Positions 47,977-57,496 of a stretch of 64,000 bases of DNA are shown piece by piece. Origin of the DNA: a bacterium (lineage in GTDB: Bacteria; Electryoneota; JAOADG01); assembly GCA_963681965.1 (NCBI GenBank), contig OY820579.1:1056001-1120000 (forward strand), in the 5' to 3' direction. Position 1 is the first letter of the stretch. Each line of letters opens with the position of its first letter. The position numbers and the translations under genes were made by a program. The notes under the pieces were generated by a model that had not been told where the DNA came from, did not search any database, and was given only the letters and a program-made list of their open reading frames with translations.

Positions 47977-48239
47977 ACACAATTTGAATTATATATATTG
48001 AATGTAAAAATTTATTCTCGTGAAATGGTTTTGTTCAGAAGACAAGAATGAATAAATTAACTCCATTATTTTAGCGAACTCAGTTAATACACGAATGTGA
48101 ATGATTGAAAACCCGTTTCACAGCATCGATTTGACACTCAAACCTGAAACGGATCATCACTCGCATTTGAATCATACCTTTCGCACATCAGAGTATCGGT
48201 CGAATTCCGGATCTCGATCGAGTTCAATTTGGATTTCGC

Positions 48240-49637
48240 ATGAATGATGTTGAATATCAAGATCAAGCAATTACGGTTGCTGATTTAGTGAATACTTCCC
48301 CCGACGATTTCTCAGCGTCGAAATCAGCAGTGGAACCGGGATTTTACGGTGGAGCTGCGGTTTCGGAGATTTTAAAGCGCGTTCAACGCCATACCCTGAA
48401 GAACGGGATGACATTGCTGATGGTCGAGGATCATCAGGCACCTGTCGTGACCGTCCAATTCTGGGTGAAAACGGGAAGCCGGAACGAACGACCTGGAATT
48501 ACCGGAATAAGTCACCTGTTCGAACACATGATGTTCCGTGGATCGATTAAGTATGGGCCGGATGAACATGCGAATTTAGTCAAGCGTCACGGTGGTGTGC
48601 TCAACGCTTACACTTCCTTCGATCATACCGTCTACTACGAGACAATTTCCAGCGATCAGTTGGAGTTAGTATTGCATCTTGAGGCGGAACGGTTTGCCAA
48701 TCTCAGACTTAATCCTACCGTGTTGCGCGAAGAAAAGAAAGTCGTTGCCGAAGAACGTCGGATGCGTTACGACAACAGTGTCCAAGGTGCATCACAGGAA
48801 CAGTTGATTATCAATAGCTATCGCTCGACTCCATACAGTTGGATGGTGATCGGATGGATGCACGATATTCAAAACTACACTCTCGCCGATGTTCAGGAAT
48901 ATTACCGGTTGCACTATGCGCCTAATAATATTGTCGGAGTTATCGTCGGTGATTTCGAATCCTCGAAAGCACTCCGGTTGGTGCGAAAATATTGGGGCAA
49001 AATCCCTCCGCAACCCACACCTCCAGCCCCACCAATGATTGAGATCGAACAAAAGGGTGAACGTCGGATTGAGTTCAAGTATCCTTCCGAATTGCCGATG
49101 ATCTATGCCAGTTTCCGAATGCCGCCGTTCGATCATCCCGATATCGTTCCGCTGAATGTCGTTGCCCGCGTCTTGTCGCGCGGACAATCTAGCCGTTTTT
49201 ACCAACGATTGGTATATCAGGATCGCATGGCATTATTCGCCGAGGGGGATATTCTCTCGTTGATCGGACCTGGACTCTTTATTTTCTCACTCGGTATGAC
49301 CCCGGGATATGAGCTGGCACAAGGGGAACGAGCGATGTGGGAAGAAGTCGAGCGGGTTCGTGCGGAAGGAATATCCGAGGCTGAGTTGCAAAAAGCCAAG
49401 AATCAATTGGAAACTGAAATGGTCGGTGAATTGGTAACTTCACGCGGTATTGCTTCCGAATTGGGACGGTACGAAGCAGATGGCGGCGATTACCGTAAAG
49501 CAACGGCTTATTTGGACGGGATCAGACGCGTGACGAATAAGGACGTAATTCGAGTTGCTCAGAAATATCTAAACCCCGATCTTCGAACAGTCGTATTGGT
49601 AATTCCGACTAAAAACGGAACCGGAGGTGAACAATGA
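48240..49637 (+). CDS. M16B zinc peptidase, catalytic subunit
   Basis: GSRNE..GISHLFEHMMFRG, NAYTSFD and HYAPNN. Confidence 0.92.
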   Translation: MNDVEYQDQAITVADLVNTSPDDFSASKSAVEPGFYGGAAVSEILKRVQRHTLKNGMTLLMVEDHQAPVVTVQFWVKTGSRNERPGITGISHLFEHMMFRGSIKYGPDEHANLVKRHGGVLNAYTSFDHTVYYETISSDQLELVLHLEAERFANLRLNPTVLREEKKVVAEERRMRYDNSVQGASQEQLIINSYRSTPYSWMVIGWMHDIQNYTLADVQEYYRLHYAPNNIVGVIVGDFESSKALRLVRKYWGKIPPQPTPPAPPMIEIEQKGERRIEFKYPSELPMIYASFRMPPFDHPDIVPLNVVARVLSRGQSSRFYQRLVYQDRMALFAEGDILSLIGPGLFIFSLGMTPGYELAQGERAMWEEVERVRAEGISEAELQKAKNQLETEMVGELVTSRGIASELGRYEADGGDYRKATAYLDGIRRVTNKDVIRVAQKYLNPDLRTVVLVIPTKNGTGGEQ

Positions 49638-51115
49638 ACCGCTCCAAATCCAATGCTACTGCTGCCAAAAAGATCGCTAAACCGGTAGTGAAGAAAACGA
49701 AGAAAAGCACTATTGCAAGTAAACCATCTGGCGAATCGAAGGCTGATCACGTTCCCGCATTCAATCCAAAGAATGCGTTGAAAACGCTTCCTGTAAACGT
49801 ACCGGACTATTCGACTTACGATTTACCAAATGGAATGCGAATTTTGCTGTTGCCGCGTAAGCGCATCCCGTTGTTCGAAGCGATCTTGATGATTAAAAAT
49901 GGCGGTCAACACGATCCTTCAGGTGCGGCTGGCTGCTCCTATTTAACCGGAGAATTGCTGACAGCCGGAGTCGAATTTAATGGGCAAAAGCTCTCGAAAA
50001 TCGATATTGCCGAACGGATCGATTCAATTGGTGGAGCTCTGAGTGTTGGAGTTACGCATAGTCGCCTTCAAATTACCGCCTCGGGTTTATCGAAACACGC
50101 TCATACGTTGCTTGAACTCTTGACCGCGATTGTCCGCTATCCTCTGTTTCCCGAGGAAGAATTGGAACGTGAACGGCAGCAGATGCTGGCGTCGCTGGTA
50201 GCAAAACGGGATCAACCCAGTTGGGTCGCGAACGATGTTTTGATGAAGACGATTTACCCGGATCATCCTTTTGGGGAGCCGATCGACGGGACAATGGAAT
50301 CAATCACTGCGATCGATCGCGATCTGATCCTTCGCCAATGGGATGCTCTGGCAAAACCGAATGGGATAACACTTGCCATAGTTGGTGATTTCAGTGCCCG
50401 AGATATCCGGCATAAAATCGATCTGCTGTTTGCCGATTGGCAGGCGGGTTCTCTTCTTCCGCAAATCCCGGATTGCGATCGAATACCTGCTGGTAATCAA
50501 GTTGTAATCGTGGAAAAATCGGGTGCTGTACAAGCGAATATTCAATTGGGTCACTTTGGCGTTGCGCGAACGCATCCCGATTATTATCCATTATTAATTC
50601 TCGAACAAATTTTGTTTATCGGGATGTCGAGCCGGTTCTATCGAGTGATTAGAGCGGAACGGGGTTTGACTTATTCCATTGGTGGTGGTTTCCAAATGGG
50701 TAAGCAAGCCGGTCCGCTGGTAATTCACACGTCGACAATGAGTGAACGAACAGGGTATATGCTTGCCAGTATCTTTGAAGTGATTGAGAAGTTTCTGGAT
50801 CAAGGACCTACTGTTAAGGAATTGGCAGACGCAAAATCGTATTTGAACGGTAGCTATCCCCTTCGCTTCGAATCGAGCAGTTCGATTGCCGCAGTGCTGC
50901 TGGGTCTCGATCTGATGGAATTACCCGATTCGACGATTTCGGAATATCGACAACGGATTGCAGAAGTGTCTCGACAAGATGTCTTGCGAGTCGCTAAGGA
51001 ACATTTGCATCCATCGCAATTGCAAATGGTCGTTGTCGGTGAATCCAAAGCAATCGAACCGCAACTGAAGGAAATTCCTCGAAAGATTTCCGTGAAGATT
51101 GTCGAGAACGTTTAG
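49634..51115 (+). CDS. M16B peptidase non-catalytic partner subunit
   Basis: M16 fold without HXXEH but with the RAERGLTY R/Y pair. ATGA overlap with the upstream subunit. Confidence 0.88.
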   Translation: MNRSKSNATAAKKIAKPVVKKTKKSTIASKPSGESKADHVPAFNPKNALKTLPVNVPDYSTYDLPNGMRILLLPRKRIPLFEAILMIKNGGQHDPSGAAGCSYLTGELLTAGVEFNGQKLSKIDIAERIDSIGGALSVGVTHSRLQITASGLSKHAHTLLELLTAIVRYPLFPEEELERERQQMLASLVAKRDQPSWVANDVLMKTIYPDHPFGEPIDGTMESITAIDRDLILRQWDALAKPNGITLAIVGDFSARDIRHKIDLLFADWQAGSLLPQIPDCDRIPAGNQVVIVEKSGAVQANIQLGHFGVARTHPDYYPLLILEQILFIGMSSRFYRVIRAERGLTYSIGGGFQMGKQAGPLVIHTSTMSERTGYMLASIFEVIEKFLDQGPTVKELADAKSYLNGSYPLRFESSSSIAAVLLGLDLMELPDSTISEYRQRIAEVSRQDVLRVAKEHLHPSQLQMVVVGESKAIEPQLKEIPRKISVKIVENV

Positions 51116-51162
51116 GCTGAATTTGTTTTCAATTCAGTAGTTAATCGGTAAGGAAGTATAGT

Positions 51163-51696
51163 ATGACGATGCAGGAACAAGTACTGGCAATTTGGCCGGA
51201 AATTGATTGGATCCAGAATCCCGAATTACGAAAGAAAACGTTGGACGCGTGGGTATATGCGATTGAAAACAGCGTTTTATCTCCGGAAGATCTTGAAAAA
51301 ATTCCGTTCTCGTTGTTGATAAAACAGTACGTTTCATTCATGAATCACAAGCGTACTTGCGTTCATCTTTCAGTCGATATGGCAAAACGGATGCTGGCGA
51401 ATTTCGGTGAAGCCATCAAAATCGATATGGATATCCTGATTTCTGGAGCGATCCTCATCGATGTCGGTAAACTGTTCGAGTACGATCTCGTCGATGGAAA
51501 ATTGACAACGAGCAATGCCGGAAAATTGCTTCGTCATCCTTTTAGTGGAGTCGCGATTGCCGGTCGGTTCGATTTACCCCCGGAAGTGCTACATATAATC
51601 GCCACGCACTCTAAAGAAGGCGATCTCGGGGCAAGATCAGTCGAATCGATTATTGTTCATCATGCCGATTTTGTTAGTTTTGAACCGTTTAAATAA
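51163..51696 (+). CDS. HD/HDIG-superfamily phosphohydrolase-like protein (HD doublet reads ID)
   Basis: NHKRT..SGAILIDVGKL..RHPFSG..HIIATHS..IVHHAD. AAGGA RBS. Confidence 0.8.
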   Translation: MTMQEQVLAIWPEIDWIQNPELRKKTLDAWVYAIENSVLSPEDLEKIPFSLLIKQYVSFMNHKRTCVHLSVDMAKRMLANFGEAIKIDMDILISGAILIDVGKLFEYDLVDGKLTTSNAGKLLRHPFSGVAIAGRFDLPPEVLHIIATHSKEGDLGARSVESIIVHHADFVSFEPFK

Positions 51697-51790
51697 CGAA
51701 TTTCGAAGGTAGTTAGCGAAAATTAGGTTTGAATAACAATATAATAACCAGTTTTCAATGACTTCAGTAATGTTTATCGCATATTTTGAC

Positions 51791-51819
51791 TTGCACTCGC
51801 TTGAGAAACACTCTACTTT
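51791..51819 (+). promoter_or_regulatory. Candidate sigma70 promoter for ppiD
   Basis: TTGCAC-N17-TACTTT. Confidence 0.4.
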
Positions 51820-51948
51820 TCAAAGTTGCGTAAACTTCACTTTGCACTTCCGATTGGTTTCGGTTCGTGCAAAAGTGGTCATTTTTTTATTTAGTTACTT
51901 GTATAGTAAGAATTAACCTACAATTGTTTTGTCAGAGGGCGTTTCGCT

Positions 51949-53799
51949 ATGATGCAGACGATGCGCGAGAACACGAAGAAAATTCTTTGGATAGTAATCC
52001 TCGCGTTCTTGGCTACGATTATTTTCGCTTGGGGTAAGGGTGGTTTCGACCGTAACGGTCGGTACAGTGCCGGTGTGTTGGCTTCCGTCAACGGTCACAA
52101 AATCTTCCAAGATCAGTTCGACCGTCGTGTTGAACAACGGGTTACGCAGGAACGCGAGAAGAACAAGGGTCAGGAACTCGACGAGAACAAAGTTCGAAGC
52201 CTTCGCACCGAAATTTGGGATCAGGCAGTCAATGAAGTACTGCTTTCCGATGAGTTGGATCGACTCGGTATCAAAATCGGTTCCCGCGAAATCGCCTATG
52301 AAATTCGCAATAATCCTCCGGAATTCGTTCAGCAGGCGGAATATTTCAAGAATAACGGGCAATTCGATCAACAGAAATACGAAGATTTTCTGAAGAATCC
52401 GCAGGCTGTTAACGAAGTGATCATGCTCGAACAGGATACTGAAGCGCGTCTTCGACAACAGCGGTTGATCGATCAAGTCACCGCTGCTGCTGTTGTTTCG
52501 CCACGCGAATTGTGGGATGAATTTACCGATCGGAACACAACGATTAAATTGAAATTCGTTCGATTTCCGGTCGAAGTACTTCCCGCCGACACCACACTGG
52601 TGACACAAGAAGAGATCGAGAAAGATTATAAAGCGCGGTCTAAAGAATTCGAAGACCCCGAGCAGCGGAAAGTATGGTTTGTCACTTTTAAGGAAGTGCC
52701 TACCGCGGCTGATAGCGCTCACGCCAAGGAAATGGCTGACGAAATTTATACCCGTGCGAAACACGGTGAAGATTTCTCCGAATTGGCTCGCACTTACTCC
52801 GAAGATAATAGTGCACAGAATGGTGGCTCGGTCGGATATTTTTCCCGTGGTCGAATGGTCAAATCGTTTGAAGAGACCGCCTTCAATACCCCGATCGACA
52901 GCGTTGCTCGCCCGGTTTTATCGCAGTTTGGCTGGCACGTAATCAAAGTAACCGGACACAAAGCTACGGTTGCCGCGAAGAAGGGGAAGAAGGGGCAACC
53001 CGACACTCCGGCTCAGGAAGAGCAGGTTGAGGCTTCACACGTATTGTTTAAGTTCGCTCCGTCGGTTGAGACCAAGGACAATATTCGCGAACGAGCGAAA
53101 GAATTTGCTACTCGCGTTCAAGCCAAACCGAATGATGTGCAGGCAATCGCCAAAGAGTACAATGTAAAACCCGACACCAGTGGGTTCTTTAAACTTGAGG
53201 GTGGTTCGATTTCGAAACTGGGTCGTACAGTTGTCGGTGTTGGCTTTGCTTTTGACAATAAATTGCATGCGATCTCATTCCCCTATTATATCCGCAATAG
53301 CTGGGTAATCCTTGGGGTCAATGAAATCAAGAAGAGCGGTCTGCGACCGTTAGCTGAAGTACGACGAACGATTCAGGATAACCTCGTTCGCGAAAAGAAA
53401 ATCGATAAGGCATTGGAAAAGGCAAAGGGCGCTCGTGGTATGGGCGTGACGTTGGAGCAGATTGCCGGTGCGGTAGGTCTGAAAGTCGACACTACCGGGA
53501 TGATTCGTGCGAACGACTACCTTCCTCAATTAGGTCGTGAACCCGATCTTACTCGCACTGCGAAAGATGCCCCATTGAATACTTTACTCGGTCCGGCACG
53601 GGGTCGATCCGGTGCGTTCTTGTTCACAGTTGTCGATCGGGCAAAAGCGGATTCGACGCAATTCAATTCGCAGATGACGCAGCAAATGAATCAGACGATG
53701 CAACGCCGTCAACAACAACTGTACAATGACTACTTGGCGAAGCTGAAGAAGAATGCGAAAATTCAGGATTTCCGATACGTGATGTACAGCGACTTTTAA
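51949..53799 (+). CDS. ppiD: PpiD/SurA-type periplasmic chaperone with parvulin PPIase domain
   Basis: MMQTMRE + TM anchor and a SurA-N-like region. FSELARTYSED..GGSVG..MVKSFEETAF..SQFGWHVIKV. Confidence 0.88.
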   Translation: MMQTMRENTKKILWIVILAFLATIIFAWGKGGFDRNGRYSAGVLASVNGHKIFQDQFDRRVEQRVTQEREKNKGQELDENKVRSLRTEIWDQAVNEVLLSDELDRLGIKIGSREIAYEIRNNPPEFVQQAEYFKNNGQFDQQKYEDFLKNPQAVNEVIMLEQDTEARLRQQRLIDQVTAAAVVSPRELWDEFTDRNTTIKLKFVRFPVEVLPADTTLVTQEEIEKDYKARSKEFEDPEQRKVWFVTFKEVPTAADSAHAKEMADEIYTRAKHGEDFSELARTYSEDNSAQNGGSVGYFSRGRMVKSFEETAFNTPIDSVARPVLSQFGWHVIKVTGHKATVAAKKGKKGQPDTPAQEEQVEASHVLFKFAPSVETKDNIRERAKEFATRVQAKPNDVQAIAKEYNVKPDTSGFFKLEGGSISKLGRTVVGVGFAFDNKLHAISFPYYIRNSWVILGVNEIKKSGLRPLAEVRRTIQDNLVREKKIDKALEKAKGARGMGVTLEQIAGAVGLKVDTTGMIRANDYLPQLGREPDLTRTAKDAPLNTLLGPARGRSGAFLFTVVDRAKADSTQFNSQMTQQMNQTMQRRQQQLYNDYLAKLKKNAKIQDFRYVMYSDF

Positions 53800-53818
53800 T
53801 CTATTCGCGTTTAGAATG

Positions 53819-53846
53819 AAGGGCACCTTTTCGGTGCCCTTTTTTT
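53819..53846 (+). terminator. Intrinsic terminator
   Basis: AAGGGCACC-ttttc-GGTGCCCTT followed by a T-run. Confidence 0.9.
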
Positions 53847-53961
53847 CTTGTTTAACCAGAACGGGATCGCACGAATGACAATTGAGAAGGACAACGTACA
53901 TTTTTGCTTGTTTCTTTCTACTTGAACCGATACCTTATACAATTACCGAATTGCAGCTTTT

Positions 53962-55845
53962 ATGACAAACCGAATCGATTCACCTTTGCTCAGAATATTT
54001 ACTAAATACATGATCCTGATTGGGATCGTTATTGCTGCGCATACAATTGTGATTTCCAAGGGTTGGGCACAAGGATCGGTCGTTCCGTTAGGCTCCCCTG
54101 CTTATCGATTATTGGAACGAGCTGACAATTTAGGACTACTCCAAACACCATTTCCTCAACTTCGACCACTTTCTCGTAAGACTATTGCATTGTATCTATT
54201 TCAACTCGATTCCGTGAAAATGTCCCTCTCAGTTAGCGATCGTAACCGGCTGCATGAACTTCTCCGCGAGTTCACCTTTGAACATTCCGGAACGCTCTTA
54301 TCGAATTCCGATACGCGTGTGAATTGGGTTCGAAGCAAAGCATTCAAATGGTTGCCGAATTGGATCTATCGAAATGGAGATGATCTCTCGCAATATCGGG
54401 AAGATGATTTTACCCTTCGAATCAATCCCAAATTCCGGTACGATGTCGGTCAAAGCCCGATTGAATCTTGGAATGGTTTACGTCGGATGGGGTTTGGATG
54501 GTCGATTCAAGCCGATTGGCAACAAAAATTAGGTATAAATTTCAGGTATATCGATCATTTCGATGCTGCCAACAGCTCTAGTTTCAATCACACTTTTCAC
54601 GATTGGCAGACCATCAGCAGCTCTGATTTATTGGTATCAGGTGAGTCACCCAGCAGCATTACTCGAAACCCGGGTGATTCTGCCAAGCCAAAGACCAGCG
54701 ATGAATATATTGTCTCCGAAACATCGCTTAGTTATCAAGTCGGTCGATTACATATCCTGTTAGGTCGTGAACCCATTTCATGGGGACCGGGTGTTTGTCA
54801 GCAACTGACGCTAGGTCGTCAAACAGCACCAATGGACCAAATCCGCCTGGACTTTGAACTCTCGCGCCATTTCCGGTTTATGTATATCCATGGGTGGCTA
54901 TATGCTCAACCACAGGTAGTGGATTCGATCTATGACCCGAACGATGCACATCCACGGAAACTCGATCGTCCGAAATACGTTGCTGCACATCGCGTGGAAT
55001 GGACGCCTAATAAACGAGTGACGATTGGAATTTCCGAATCGGTTATTTACGGCGATCGAGCACCGGATTTACCTTACCTAATTCCAATCAATTTATTCTT
55101 TGCCTCGGAAGAAAATCGCGGTGACAACGATAATAAGAGTCTAACTGTCGATTTTAAATTCAGACCGATCGATCGCGTTACTACCTATGGCGGGGTATGG
55201 GTTGATGACCTGACTTTCGGTAAAGTTGGAACCGGTTTTTTACAGAATAAATTCGGATATCTTGCTGGAGCGGTTACCGACGATCCGTTCCGTCTTTCCG
55301 GAACTCGATGGCTATGCGAATATACGCGAATGGACCCCTATGCCGGTGGACATTTTTACGCGATCAACCGGTACGATCATTGGGGACGCCCGCTAGGACT
55401 GGATTTGCCGCCAGATGCCGATCGTCTGACATTGAGATCCGAGTACACGCCAACAGCTCGATGGCAACTGGCGATCGAATCGCAAACCGCACGACATATC
55501 GATTTTGCTTATATTGATAGTATCTTAGTATATCCGGGCAGTATTCTCAGAATGTATCCCTACAGTGTTCAAGAGCGATCGTTGTCTTGGGGAAGTGGTG
55601 CTGGAAGCTTTCAACAGGTTATTTCGCTGACAGCGCGCTATGAATTTCTGGAGCACTTTTGGGTTTCATTTGCATGGCAACAGAACCGTACCGGAACGTT
55701 TATTTCGCAATCGGAATTCCGAAAGGATTTTCCGAAGGGGTATAATTCGCAAGCGCGCCCCGGCTTGTTTGATTGGGCAAGCAAGAAGTTCGACAATACT
55801 TCTACTTTGTGGACGCTATCGGTGATGGTTAATCCGGATCGATAG
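53962..55845 (+). CDS. Capsule assembly Wzi-family outer-membrane protein
   Basis: Signal peptide. LRPLSR, LGREPISWGPG, AAHRVEW and IGISESVIY. Confidence 0.72.
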   Translation: MTNRIDSPLLRIFTKYMILIGIVIAAHTIVISKGWAQGSVVPLGSPAYRLLERADNLGLLQTPFPQLRPLSRKTIALYLFQLDSVKMSLSVSDRNRLHELLREFTFEHSGTLLSNSDTRVNWVRSKAFKWLPNWIYRNGDDLSQYREDDFTLRINPKFRYDVGQSPIESWNGLRRMGFGWSIQADWQQKLGINFRYIDHFDAANSSSFNHTFHDWQTISSSDLLVSGESPSSITRNPGDSAKPKTSDEYIVSETSLSYQVGRLHILLGREPISWGPGVCQQLTLGRQTAPMDQIRLDFELSRHFRFMYIHGWLYAQPQVVDSIYDPNDAHPRKLDRPKYVAAHRVEWTPNKRVTIGISESVIYGDRAPDLPYLIPINLFFASEENRGDNDNKSLTVDFKFRPIDRVTTYGGVWVDDLTFGKVGTGFLQNKFGYLAGAVTDDPFRLSGTRWLCEYTRMDPYAGGHFYAINRYDHWGRPLGLDLPPDADRLTLRSEYTPTARWQLAIESQTARHIDFAYIDSILVYPGSILRMYPYSVQERSLSWGSGAGSFQQVISLTARYEFLEHFWVSFAWQQNRTGTFISQSEFRKDFPKGYNSQARPGLFDWASKKFDNTSTLWTLSVMVNPDR

Positions 55846-56113
55846 CTGTTTGATCACTTCATGCTTCAAAATTATGAATTCCGTCGATATTATTGATAAT
55901 GCAATACTTGTCGGTGGTAATTCAGTTCAGCCCCCATTGCATATTATTGCAATCCTGATTTAAATCGCTAGTAAGACCATTTGGATGGTTCGACATCTTG
56001 AAGGTGTCGAATTACGATAGATCTCAACTCCGAGACCGTAACGGGTGGAATATGTTTCCGGTACGTCTTTGTGGAAAACATCACAAACTTGAACCATGTT
56101 GGTAGGACAATCT

Positions 56114-57430
56114 ATGCGTTGGTTGGAATCATACAATCGTAAGAAGATGACTGCAGAAGAAGCAGTTCGGCTGATCAAAAGTGGAGATCGGGTTTACCTG
56201 CATCCGGGGTGTGCTGTTCCTGAATTGTTGGTAGATGCGATGGTCGCTCGGGCGAGCGAATTGCACGATGTCGAAGTGGTTCACATTCTTAATATGGGTA
56301 AAGCACAATACGCTACTCCCGAAATGGAAGGTCACTTCCGGCACAACGCATTGTTCATCGGAACGAATGTTCGCCAGGCAGTCAATGAGGGTCGTGCCGA
56401 CTGGACGCCAGTATTTCTCTCCGAGATCCCGGAATTGTTTCGAAATGGTACTTTACCGATCGATGTGGCGATGGTACAGGTCTCACCACCGGATGAACAC
56501 GGTTTTTGTTCTTTCGGGTTGGGAGTTGAAATTACCAAACCTGCCGCCGAACACTCGCGGATCGTAATTGCCATGGTTAATCCGCGAATGCCGCGTGCTT
56601 TGGGCGACTGTTTTATTCACATCAACAAGATCACCGCTATCGTCGAAGCGGATATGCCGTTATTCGAATTGCCGCAATTCCGCTCCAATTCGGAAAACGA
56701 AGAATACAAAATCGCGCAAAAGATCGGCCAGCATATTGCCGGTTTGATCGAAGATGGCTCGACGCTGCAAATGGGAATTGGTATGATTCCCGATGCAGTA
56801 TTGAATTTCCTTGAGACCAAACGCGATTTGGGAATTCATACCGAAATGTTTTCAGACGGTGTCGTCGAACTGGTAGAACGCGGTATCATCAATAATGAAA
56901 AGAAAACCCTACACCGTGGAAAAATCGTTGCTTCGTTTGTGTTGGGTAGTAAGCGTACGTACGATTTCCTCGACAACAACCCACTGTGCGATTTCCATCC
57001 ATCGGATTATGTGAACGATATTTTTATTATCTCGCAACACGAGAAGATGGTCGCAATCAATTCGGCAATCGAAGTCGATTTAACCGGGCAGGTTTGCTCG
57101 GACAGTATCGGATTTCGGCTGTTCAGCGGGTTTGGTGGACAAGTCGACTTTATCCGGGGATCGGCACGATCGAAAGGTGGCAAACCGATTATAGCGTTAC
57201 CCAGCACAACCCTGAATGGTAAAATTTCCCGGATTTGTACGCGACTGAAAGACGGCGCCGGTGTTGTAACAAATCGCGCCGATGTCCATTACGTTGTGAC
57301 TGAATTTGGTGTTGCCTCGTTGCACGGTCGTACAATTCGAGAACGTGCGAGATCGCTGATTAATATCGCACATCCGGATTTTCGTGAGGAGCTGGAAAAA
57401 TTTGCTTTTGAACGGCGCTGGTTTAAATAG
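56114..57430 (+). CDS. Acetyl-CoA hydrolase/transferase family (4-hydroxybutyrate CoA-transferase-like)
   Basis: TAEEAV..IKSG, SPPDEHG, LQMGIG, HTEM and SGFGGQVDF. AGGA RBS before ATG 56114. Confidence 0.92.
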   Translation: MRWLESYNRKKMTAEEAVRLIKSGDRVYLHPGCAVPELLVDAMVARASELHDVEVVHILNMGKAQYATPEMEGHFRHNALFIGTNVRQAVNEGRADWTPVFLSEIPELFRNGTLPIDVAMVQVSPPDEHGFCSFGLGVEITKPAAEHSRIVIAMVNPRMPRALGDCFIHINKITAIVEADMPLFELPQFRSNSENEEYKIAQKIGQHIAGLIEDGSTLQMGIGMIPDAVLNFLETKRDLGIHTEMFSDGVVELVERGIINNEKKTLHRGKIVASFVLGSKRTYDFLDNNPLCDFHPSDYVNDIFIISQHEKMVAINSAIEVDLTGQVCSDSIGFRLFSGFGGQVDFIRGSARSKGGKPIIALPSTTLNGKISRICTRLKDGAGVVTNRADVHYVVTEFGVASLHGRTIRERARSLINIAHPDFREELEKFAFERRWFK

Positions 57431-57448
57431 AAAAATTATAGTACACAA

Positions 57449-57483
57449 AAAAAAACGGGGCGCCAGAAGCGTCCCGTTTTTTT
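57449..57483. terminator. Bidirectional intrinsic terminator
   Basis: A-run, CGGGGCGC-cagaa-GCGTCCCG, T-run, between convergent genes. Confidence 0.85.
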
Positions 57484-57496
57484 GTAAGAAATCGAT

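Noticed and set aside
51913-52764. 283-aa minus-strand ORF
   Set aside because: Antisense shadow of the strongly codon-biased ppiD, with no recognisable motifs.
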